From an uncultured Thermoplasmata archaeon (lineage in GTDB: Archaea; Thermoplasmatota; Thermoplasmata; GCA-020350865): a stretch of DNA of 24,000 nt. The notes beneath the pieces are model-generated. The model ran no database searches. It saw only the letters and a program-made list of their open reading frames with translations, and was not told where the DNA came from. This document shows, piece by piece, positions 6,700 to 14,597 of the stretch. Where the stretch lies: assembly GCA_965371185.1 (NCBI GenBank), contig CBDUXN010000001.1, forward strand, positions 1 through 24,000, in the 5' to 3' direction. Every line of letters starts with the position of its first letter. Position 1 is the stretch's first letter. A program made the translations under genes and the position numbers.

Positions 6700-9600
6700 T
6701 TAAGCCACCTCCAATACTGCATCTACCATTGCACCCAACTGATTCAATTTGAAACCTTTCACCATTATTCCCTGCTTTGGACAGGTCGCCATGCAAACCC
6801 CACAGCCCTTGCAGGCGGTTTCGTTTCTCTCCACGGTCTTTTTTACCTGTCCGTTTCTCATATACTCGATTAGAGTCAATGCATTATATGGACAAGGATC
6901 TATGCAGTAAGCACAGCCGTCGCAGTTCTCATCTATTACCTCAGAGATCGTGGGCTCAAGTTCCATCGTTTCATTGCAGAGAATCGTGCATGCCCTGGAT
7001 ACCGTACCGCATGCCTGAGAGATGCTTTCATCGATGAATTTCGGGCCATGCGCCAGCCCACAAAGGAACACACCATCATTTGCGAAGTCAACTGGACGAA
7101 GCTTCATATGCGCCTCCAAGAAGAATTTATCCTTGCTCAGCGGAACTTTAAGCATCTGAGCCAATTCTTCATTGTCAGGTTGTGGGAGTGTTGCCGCGCT
7201 CAAAACAACATATTCGGTTTTGATCGTTATCTGTTCGGTCAGTATCGGGTCTGTTACGGTTACGGCCATACCGTCTCCATTCTTAGCGACTTCCGGCATA
7301 TGTTCATCATCGTATCTAATGAATCTCACACCCTTGTCCGCGGCTTCCCTGTAGTAGTCCTCCCTGAAACCATAGGATCGAATGTCCTTGTATAGCACGA
7401 AAATCTCTGCATCAGGGTTCCTCTCCTTGATCTTCAGCGCGTTCTTAATTGCATCTGCACAGCATATCCTGCTGCAATATGGTCTTTCCTCGTTTCGTGA
7501 ACCCACGCACTGAATCATGACCACGCTGTTCGGCTTGAGGTCGGCCTTGGCCAGCTTTTCCTCCAGTTCCATTTGTGTCAAGACGCGCTCATCCTGTCCA
7601 TACAGGTATTCCTTAGGTTTATACTCCAATCCACCGGTAGCGACTATGACAATACCATGCTCGATTTCCGTTTCATCTGAGAGCACGGTTTTAAAATTAC
7701 CCACGAACCCTTCGATGCTCTTCACCGTTGTTCCGAGATGTACCTTGATTTTCTCGTTGTCCACGACCTTTTCAACGGTTTGTTTTAAAATCTCCTGCGG
7801 ATCCTCGTCCTTCTCGCTGAGCACATAGTGAATTCTTCTTAAATTCCCGCCGAGTTCCTTCTCTCTTTCCACGAGATGAACTTCGTAGCCCTGTTTTGCC
7901 AGTTCTAACGCGGCAGTCATACCACTCAAACCCCCTCCGATTACCAGTCCCGACTGAAACACGTTTAAGGTTAATTCGTATAAGGGTTCAAGCAGCCTTG
8001 ACTTCGCTACAGCCATTCTTACCAGATCTTTCGCCTTCAGGGTTGCTTTTTCAGGTTCGTGCATATGAACCCAGGAGCATTGGTCTCTGATATTCGCCAT
8101 TTCAAAGAGGTAGGGGTTCAGACCGCCTTCCTTGGTGGTGCTTCTGAAAAGAGGTTCATGGGTCCTTGGAGTGCAGGAAGCCACAATAACCCTGTTTAAG
8201 TTGTGCTCTTGGATTTTCTCCTTGATACCTTTCTGAGTGTCTTCCGAGCAGGTATAGAGGTTGTGCTCAGAATAAACCACATTCGGCAAAGTCTTAGCGT
8301 ATTCCACAATCTCTGGGACATTAACCACTCCTCCAATATTGATGCCGCAATGGCATATAAAGACACCTATGCGTGGCTCCTCATCGCTAATATCCCTCTC
8401 TGGAGGATACTCTTTGATAGTGATCATTTTTCCTCTCTCAGAGGAGATCATCGAGGATGCTTTTGCTGCCGCACCGCTTGCCTGCGCCACCGTATCGGGA
8501 ATGTCCTTGGGACCGTTGAACACACCGCTGACGAATATCCCGGGTTTGGAGGCCTCTAGAGGCGTGAATACGCCAGTATCGCAGAAATTGTACCTGTTCA
8601 GTTCGATGCCGACCTTTTCTGCCAATTCCTTTACGTTCTCTGGCGGTTGAAATCCTGTAGATAGGACAACGAGGTTGAACTCCTCCTCCTTCAGCTCTCC
8701 ATCTTCCACATACTTCACCATCAAATTCTGAGTTTCAGGCACCTCCGTGATCTCAGCCACCCTGCATCTTGTGAACCCTATTTTATGCTCCTCCTCTGCC
8801 CTCTTGTAGTAATCGTCAAATTCCTTACCGAACGCCCTGAGATCCATGAAGAATATGTGGGATTTCAAGCCCTCAGAGTGCTCCTGTGCGATTATGGCCT
8901 CTTTTAAGGCGAACATGCAGCATACCGATGAGCAGTATTCGTTTCCCATCTGGCTGTCCCTGCTCCCAACGCATTGGATGAACGCCACCTTCTCAGGTAT
9001 GTCACCGTCGGAAGGGCGCATTACCGTGCCCGCGAATGGGCCTGTGGCACTCAAGAACCTCTCGAATTCCATGCTCGATACGACGTTTTTGTATCTGCCG
9101 TAACCGTATTCTGTCTTCAGGGAAGGGTCGAACATGCTGTAACCCGGAGAGAGGATGATGGAGCCCACATTGAGGTCAAATTTCTGCTCCTCCTGGTCGT
9201 ACTCCACTGCATTGGCCTTGCACTCCTCCTCGCATATACCACAGCCTATGCACTTCTCCTTATCTATCATGAATTTTAGGGGCACAGACTGAGGATAACG
9301 AATGAACATAGCCCCTCTTTTTGTGAGCCCCCAGTTGTATTCATCGATGGCCTCAACAGGGCATTTGGAGCCGCATACACCGCATCCGGTACATTTCTCC
9401 TCGTTGATCCTTCTCGGTCTTCGAACGAGCGTCACTTTGAATTTACCTGCCTCGCCTTCCACGGATTCGATCTCCGTGTTGCTGATGACCTCGATGTTAT
9501 GATGCCTGCCTGTGCCAACAAGTTTCGGAGCCATGATGCACATAGCACAGTCGTTGGTGGGGAAAGTCTTGTCCAATTGGGACATCACCCCACCTATGCT

Positions 9601-9717
9601 GGGCAGTTTGTCGATAAGATACACCTTGAAACCTGAATCTGCCAAATCAAGTGATGACTGCATCCCGCTTATTCCGCCGCCAACAACCAGCACGGCCCCG
9701 ATCTTATCACCGCTCAT
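6700..9717 (-). CDS. hdrA: Tandem-fused double HdrA-like flavoprotein (1005 aa), copy 1
   Basis: First half: VVGGGISGMQSSLDLADSG, DKTFPTNDCAMCIMAPK, inserted 2x[4Fe-4S] ferredoxin (CTGCGVCGSKCP, CIGCGICEEEC), CVGSRD..YCSSVCC. Second half: HdrA N-terminal-domain motif GVFICHCGINIGG..ASCTPRTH..CSWVH, a second VIGGGLSGMTAALELAKQG, CVGSRNEERPYCSRICC, FLEAHMKLRPVD, and a C-terminal ferredoxin (CDGCAYCIDPCP, CKGCGVCMATCP). ATG overlaps the upstream stop (ATGA at 9714-9717), with GGAGGTGA SD. Confidence 0.9.
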   Translation of the reverse strand: MSGDKIGAVLVVGGGISGMQSSLDLADSGFKVYLIDKLPSIGGVMSQLDKTFPTNDCAMCIMAPKLVGTGRHHNIEVISNTEIESVEGEAGKFKVTLVRRPRRINEEKCTGCGVCGSKCPVEAIDEYNWGLTKRGAMFIRYPQSVPLKFMIDKEKCIGCGICEEECKANAVEYDQEEQKFDLNVGSIILSPGYSMFDPSLKTEYGYGRYKNVVSSMEFERFLSATGPFAGTVMRPSDGDIPEKVAFIQCVGSRDSQMGNEYCSSVCCMFALKEAIIAQEHSEGLKSHIFFMDLRAFGKEFDDYYKRAEEEHKIGFTRCRVAEITEVPETQNLMVKYVEDGELKEEEFNLVVLSTGFQPPENVKELAEKVGIELNRYNFCDTGVFTPLEASKPGIFVSGVFNGPKDIPDTVAQASGAAAKASSMISSERGKMITIKEYPPERDISDEEPRIGVFICHCGINIGGVVNVPEIVEYAKTLPNVVYSEHNLYTCSEDTQKGIKEKIQEHNLNRVIVASCTPRTHEPLFRSTTKEGGLNPYLFEMANIRDQCSWVHMHEPEKATLKAKDLVRMAVAKSRLLEPLYELTLNVFQSGLVIGGGLSGMTAALELAKQGYEVHLVEREKELGGNLRRIHYVLSEKDEDPQEILKQTVEKVVDNEKIKVHLGTTVKSIEGFVGNFKTVLSDETEIEHGIVIVATGGLEYKPKEYLYGQDERVLTQMELEEKLAKADLKPNSVVMIQCVGSRNEERPYCSRICCADAIKNALKIKERNPDAEIFVLYKDIRSYGFREDYYREAADKGVRFIRYDDEHMPEVAKNGDGMAVTVTDPILTEQITIKTEYVVLSAATLPQPDNEELAQMLKVPLSKDKFFLEAHMKLRPVDFANDGVFLCGLAHGPKFIDESISQACGTVSRACTILCNETMELEPTISEVIDENCDGCAYCIDPCPYNALTLIEYMRNGQVKKTVERNETACKGCGVCMATCPKQGIMVKGFKLNQLGAMVDAVLEVA

Positions 9718-10499
9718 GCCTTCACCTCCTGCATTATGGAGATGTATTTCGGTGTAAAACCGTCGATGCTATCAAGTGCCAACTGATTTTTCTTTCTCAA
9801 ATAAACTACGTGATCCAGAACCTTGTCAGTGGGGATTTCGATCTCCTTGGCAAGCTCCTTTACAGACATCGGATTCTCTTTTATCAGCTCCAGGAGCCTC
9901 TTTCTATAAAACTCAGCTTCTACAGCATCCCCCATAAACTCGTCCCATTCCTCCTGGGTTTTCTTCTCATTGTAAACGTTGCCCAGCTCCACGATCTGTC
10001 TCTCTTTGGCTACAATGGCTCGAAGCCTGAAGTCCAATGCTGCAAGCTTTGCAGCGTTTACGTTCTGCAAAAGTTTCTCATCAGGCTTCTCGCCAGCCAA
10101 TGGGCTTGGCCCCAATTCTTTGATTTGGTTTGTGAATTCCCTCACCAGCTTTGCGAAACGCTCGCCCTCCGAGGCTGCCACCCATTCCATTCTCAGCCTT
10201 TCAGGCTCCAACCCTGCTCTTTTCACAAGTTGTCTCGTCATTTTAATTTTCCTCTCGGCCTGATAGTTACCTTCAAGGTAATGACAGTCCCCGGGATGGC
10301 ACCCGCCAATGAACATACCGTCAACGCCTTGAGCGAAGGCCTCGAGTATAATGTAAGGATCGATCCTACCAGAGCACATCACTCTGATGATCCTGATGTT
10401 CGGTGGATATTGGAATCTGCTCACGCCGGCCAGATCTGCTCCTGCGTATGAGCACCAGTTGCAGAGGAAACCAACGATCTTGGGCTCGAATTCCACCAT
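9714..10499 (-). CDS. MvhD-type protein with ~125-aa C-terminal extension ending in a winged-helix-like domain (261 aa)
   Basis: The core (res 1-133) matches MvhD: FLCNWCSYAGADLAG, RVMCSG, GGCHPGDCHY. The extension has a conserved helical segment (DFRLRAIVAKERQIVELGNVYNE) and then RLLELIKENPMSVKELAKEIEIPTDKVLDHVVYLRKKNQLALDSIDGFTPKYI, read as helix-turn-helix plus wing. Confidence 0.85.
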   Translation of the reverse strand: MVEFEPKIVGFLCNWCSYAGADLAGVSRFQYPPNIRIIRVMCSGRIDPYIILEAFAQGVDGMFIGGCHPGDCHYLEGNYQAERKIKMTRQLVKRAGLEPERLRMEWVAASEGERFAKLVREFTNQIKELGPSPLAGEKPDEKLLQNVNAAKLAALDFRLRAIVAKERQIVELGNVYNEKKTQEEWDEFMGDAVEAEFYRKRLLELIKENPMSVKELAKEIEIPTDKVLDHVVYLRKKNQLALDSIDGFTPKYISIMQEVKA

Positions 10500-13400
10500 C
10501 TATCCCACCTCCCTCACTGCTGCCTTAACCTGGGCTATCAGCTGTTCGTCTGTAAATTGTTTTAGTGATACCGCCTTTTCAGGGCAGCTCGCCGCGCAGG
10601 TCCCGCAGCCCTTGCAAAGCACCTCGGTTACTCTCGCTATATCGTTCTCGTCCTTCTCTATCGCGTTGAATGGGCATAGCACAACGCAAGTACCACATCC
10701 TGTACAGATATTCTCATCTATGGTGGAAACCACCCCTTCTGCCTCAAGGATCTCTTTGGAGAGGATCGTGGAGGCTCTTGATACGGCAGCGCTCGCTTGG
10801 GAAACACATTCCTCAAAGAATTTTGGTGAGTGGGCAAGTCCGCAAAGGAATATACCTTCAGTGGCGAATTCTACGGGACGAAGCTTCATATGCGCTTCCA
10901 AAAAGAATCCATGCTTGCTCAGCGGCACCTTCAACATCTGCGCCAACTCACCGTTATCTGGGTGTGGTATTGTGGCTGCGCTCAAAACCAGAAGGTCTGG
11001 TTCAATTACAATTTCCTCGTCAAGGAACTGCTCTTTGATCTTCACCCTCAAACCCTTCTTATCGCTCACCTCGGGTTTTGTTTCGTCATCGTATCTAATG
11101 AACTTTATACCTTTTTTCGCTGCCTCCTCATAAAACACCTCGCTGAAACCGTAGGTTCTGATATCTTTGAATAGCACATAGACATTTGCATCCGGTTTCA
11201 ACTCCTCGATCTTTAGGGCGTTTTTCACTGCCTCGGTGCAGCATACTCTACTGCAATACGGCCTCTCTTCATTTCTGCAGCCAACGCATTGAATCATTAC
11301 TATGGTATCTGCATCGACCTTACTCTTAGCCAGCCTTTCCTCCAGTTCCAGTTGGGTTAGAACATTTTTATTTTTACCGTAAAGGTACTCCGTAGGCTTG
11401 TACTCCTGTCCTCCAGTTGCCACTATGACTATTCCATGCTCGATTTCCTTATCTTCGCCGTTATGGTCTACAAGCGTTTTGAAGTTGCCAATATATCCCG
11501 ATATATTTTTCACTGTGCTGTTTGTGAATACATGGATCTTTTCATCTGAATCAATGCTTTTTATCAGTTTTTTCATTTTTTTCTGGATGTCCTTCTTCTC
11601 GCCAACCATTTCGTAATGTATTCGTTTCATTAGACCTCCAAGTTCATTCTCCCTTTCAACGATGAACGCCTCATAGCCTTGTTTAGAAAGCTCTAATGCT
11701 GCGGTCATGCCGCTCAATCCACCCCCTATGACCAGACCTGAAGGTTTAATGTCTATGGGAACTCGTTTTAAGGGCTCAAGTAAACCAGCCTTTGCCACCA
11801 CCATTCTTACCAAATCTTTGGCTTTTTGTGTTGCTTTCTCAGGTTCATGCATATGCACCCATGAGCACTGGTCGCGAATATTCGCCATCTCAAAAAGATA
11901 CGGGTTTAAACCCGCCTCAGCCACCGTATTTTGGAAAAGGGGTTGATGTGTTCTAGGAGTGCACGATGCAACTATCACTCTGTTCAATCCGTGCTCTTCG
12001 ATCTTTTCTCCGATCTTCTTTTGCGTATCCTGAGAGCATGTGTAGAGATTATTCTCAGCATAGACCACATTTGGTAGTGTCTTTGCATACTCCACCACCT
12101 CAGGTACATTCACTACACCACCTATGTTGATGCCGCAGTGGCATACAAAAACACCTACGCGGGCCTCTTCACCACTTATATCTCTCTCTGGTGGGTACTC
12201 CTTTACAGTGACCAGTTTTCCACGCTCAGAGGCGATGACAGATGAAGCTTTGGCTGCTGCACCACTTGCCTCTGACACGCTGTCAGGGATATCCTTTGGT
12301 GCACCAAATGCTCCGCCTACAAATATCCCGGGGCGAGAGGTCTCTAACGGGGAGAACAATATATCTGTAGAGCAAAAATCGTATGGGTTCAGCTCTATAC
12401 CGAGCTTGGTGCTCAGATCCTCTGCATCCTTTGGTGCTGTCATTCCCACAGCCAGTGCTACCATATCGAACTCCTCTGAGACCAGTTGCCCTTCTTTGAT
12501 ATAAGTTATGAAAAGATTATTGGTTTCCGGGTCCTCAGCGATAGAGGATATCCTGTTGTTTTTTATGAAGTTTATACCATGCTCTTTCTCAGCCCTTATG
12601 TAGTAATCATCGAATTCTTTACCGAAGGCACGCATATCCATGAAGAATATGGTTGCCTTCAAGCCCGGGGTGTGCTCCTGCGCTATCACAGCCTCCTTTA
12701 TCGCGAACATGCAGCAAACAGAGGAACAATATGGGTTGCCGATGCTTCTGTCTCTGGAACCCACACATTGTATGAACGCTATCTTCTTCACCAGCTCCCC
12801 ATCTGAGGGCCTTAAAACCAATCCACCGTATGGACCTGTGGCGCTGAGCATCCTCTCCAGCTCAAGGCTTGAAACAACGTTTGGATACCTGCCGTAGCCG
12901 TATTCCCTTCTCTTTTTGAGTAAATCAAATTCATCAAAACCAGGTGAGACAATTATTGAACCCACATTCAATTCTTGTGTTTCCTCCTCTTGGTTGTAAA
13001 CGATTGCACCTGCCGTGCAGTTTCTTTCACAGTTTCCGCAGCCGATGCAATGATCTTTATCTATGGTGAATATTAGTGGCACAGCTTGAGGATATCTAAC
13101 GTAGATAGCTTTGCGAACCTTGAGACCTTTATTGTAGTCATCCACTACCTCAACAGGGCACTTTTGGGTACAGATTCCACATCCAGTACATTTGTTCTCA
13201 TCTACATATCTGGACCTTTTGATGATGGTGACCTTGAAATTACCTGCATCCCCTTCGACCTTCTCTAAATGCGCATTCGTTATCAGATCTATATTACGAT
13301 GCCTTCCAGTCTCAACCAATTTTGGGGCCATGATGCACATGGCACAGTCGTTTGTGGGAAAGGTTTTATCAAGCTGGGCCATAGCCCCGCCGATGCTCGG

Positions 13401-13511
13401 GCTTTTGTCCAAAAGGTATACTCTAAACCCTGAATCGGCCAAGTCCAGGGAGGACTGCATGCCTGCGATTCCTCCACCCACAACCAGAACTGCTCCTACC
13501 GCATCGGTCAT
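10500..13511 (-). CDS. hdrA: Tandem-fused double HdrA-like flavoprotein (1003 aa), copy 2
   Basis: Same motif series as copy 1: GGGIAG, DKTFPTNDCAMC, CTGCGICTQKCP, CIGCGNCERNC, GVFVCHCGINIGG, GGGLSG, CVGCRNEERPYCSRVCC, CTGCGTCVVLCP, CKGCGTCAASCP. ATGA overlap with the upstream MvhD-like gene (13508-13511). Its stop abuts the next ATG (10499/10500). Confidence 0.9.
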   Translation of the reverse strand: MTDAVGAVLVVGGGIAGMQSSLDLADSGFRVYLLDKSPSIGGAMAQLDKTFPTNDCAMCIMAPKLVETGRHRNIDLITNAHLEKVEGDAGNFKVTIIKRSRYVDENKCTGCGICTQKCPVEVVDDYNKGLKVRKAIYVRYPQAVPLIFTIDKDHCIGCGNCERNCTAGAIVYNQEEETQELNVGSIIVSPGFDEFDLLKKRREYGYGRYPNVVSSLELERMLSATGPYGGLVLRPSDGELVKKIAFIQCVGSRDRSIGNPYCSSVCCMFAIKEAVIAQEHTPGLKATIFFMDMRAFGKEFDDYYIRAEKEHGINFIKNNRISSIAEDPETNNLFITYIKEGQLVSEEFDMVALAVGMTAPKDAEDLSTKLGIELNPYDFCSTDILFSPLETSRPGIFVGGAFGAPKDIPDSVSEASGAAAKASSVIASERGKLVTVKEYPPERDISGEEARVGVFVCHCGINIGGVVNVPEVVEYAKTLPNVVYAENNLYTCSQDTQKKIGEKIEEHGLNRVIVASCTPRTHQPLFQNTVAEAGLNPYLFEMANIRDQCSWVHMHEPEKATQKAKDLVRMVVAKAGLLEPLKRVPIDIKPSGLVIGGGLSGMTAALELSKQGYEAFIVERENELGGLMKRIHYEMVGEKKDIQKKMKKLIKSIDSDEKIHVFTNSTVKNISGYIGNFKTLVDHNGEDKEIEHGIVIVATGGQEYKPTEYLYGKNKNVLTQLELEERLAKSKVDADTIVMIQCVGCRNEERPYCSRVCCTEAVKNALKIEELKPDANVYVLFKDIRTYGFSEVFYEEAAKKGIKFIRYDDETKPEVSDKKGLRVKIKEQFLDEEIVIEPDLLVLSAATIPHPDNGELAQMLKVPLSKHGFFLEAHMKLRPVEFATEGIFLCGLAHSPKFFEECVSQASAAVSRASTILSKEILEAEGVVSTIDENICTGCGTCVVLCPFNAIEKDENDIARVTEVLCKGCGTCAASCPEKAVSLKQFTDEQLIAQVKAAVREVG

Positions 13512-14293
13512 GCCTCCACCTCCTGCGTCTCCGCGATATAAAGGGGCGTCGTGCCCTCTATTCCCTCCAATCGTATCAAATTCCGGTCCCTCAGAGTCAC
13601 GACATGCTTGAGAACTTCCCTAGAAGGCACTTTCATCTTTTTTGCCAACTCTTTAACAGATCTGGGTTTATCTTTTGCGAGAAGAAGTATCCTCGTGCGC
13701 ACAAGTTCCTCTACAATGGCAGTATCCATCAATTCATCCAATCTCTCCTGCGATATATTTTCATCATAGACGTTTCCCTTTTCCACTAACCCAAGCTCCT
13801 TTCCCACCAGCGTCCTCAATCTGAAATCTTCCACAGCATTTCTTGCGGCGTACAACGCCTCCATTGTTTCCAAATCAGGTTTCTCCCCTGCCACAGGATT
13901 GGGTCCTAGCCCCTTGATTTGTTCAGTGAACTTTTTTATCGTTTCCGCAAACCTCTCACCTTCGGAGGCGGCGATCCACTCAAGCCCTAATCTTTCTGGC
14001 TCGAGATTGGATTGTGCAAGCACCTTTCTGAGCATTTTCACCCTTCTCTCAGTATGATAATTGCCCTCCATGTAATGGCAATCACCAGGATGGCAACCGC
14101 CGATCAGAACACCATCAGCACCTTGCAGAAACATCTCCACTACGAATAAAGGATCGACTCTGCCAGAGCACATGACCCTCACGATTCTGATGTTCGGTGG
14201 ATACTGGAATCTGCTCACACCCGCCAAATCGGCTCCCGCATAAGAGCACCAGTTGCAAAGAAAGCCTACTATCTTCGGCTCAAATGCCGTCAT
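13508..14293 (-). CDS. MvhD-type protein with C-terminal winged-helix-like extension (261 aa)
   Basis: FLCNWCSYAGADLAG, RVMCSG, GGCHPGDCHY. The extension is DFRLRTLVGKELGLVEKGNVYDE ... RILLLAKDKPRSVKELAKKMKVPSREVLKHVVTLRDRNLIRLEGIEGTTPLYI. AGGAGAGTGA SD lies in the 19-nt spacer upstream. Confidence 0.85.
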   Translation of the reverse strand: MTAFEPKIVGFLCNWCSYAGADLAGVSRFQYPPNIRIVRVMCSGRVDPLFVVEMFLQGADGVLIGGCHPGDCHYMEGNYHTERRVKMLRKVLAQSNLEPERLGLEWIAASEGERFAETIKKFTEQIKGLGPNPVAGEKPDLETMEALYAARNAVEDFRLRTLVGKELGLVEKGNVYDENISQERLDELMDTAIVEELVRTRILLLAKDKPRSVKELAKKMKVPSREVLKHVVTLRDRNLIRLEGIEGTTPLYIAETQEVEA

Positions 14294-14312
14294 TTTTTCA
14301 CTCTCCTAAATA

Positions 14313-14597
14313 TCACTCCGGTTCTACTCCAGACATCAAACCTCTTACACAAACAGAAAAATTACAGGCATCGGTTCTCGCCCTCTCACAGTAATGGCAC
14401 CGCAACGTTAACAACACTTCCCTGATGATCCATTCTTTTGTCTCGTCGTCAACATCTGGAAGATTCTTTTTGATGTCTTCTATGCTTTTGGTTTGCACAT
14501 CCTTCCATTTCGGCTGTGTTGAAAGGAGCATCCTTTTCTTCCAGGCATTCCTCATCTCCTCTATCTTCTTCTGCTCTTCTTCGTTTAATTCGCTCAA
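14313..14597 (-). CDS. Small Cys4 protein (94 aa), paralogue of 17605-17913
   Basis: Conserved block with its paralogue: W.(D/Q)VQTK.I...LP(D/E).D(D/E)ETK..I.R..LLTLRCH(Y/S)CERAR(T/S)D(A/E)CNFSVC(V/I)RGL, i.e. CX2CX7CX4C. TTG start overlaps the HdrA stop (TTGA 14594-14597) and is preceded by AGGAGGGGAT SD. An internal ATG (EEMRNAW) is a possible alternative start. Confidence 0.6.
   Translation of the reverse strand: MSELNEEEQKKIEEMRNAWKKRMLLSTQPKWKDVQTKSIEDIKKNLPDVDDETKEWIIREVLLTLRCHYCERARTDACNFSVCVRGLMSGVEPE

Noticed and set aside
9651-11133. Long plus-strand ORFs (9651-10451, 266 aa; 10387-11133, 248 aa) opposite the MvhD-like and HdrA genes
   Set aside because: They are antisense to genes with strong family motifs. 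Their translations are low-complexity (Ser/Leu/Pro/Phe-rich) with no recognisable motifs or SD sequences. This is the typical shadow-ORF artefact of codon bias.
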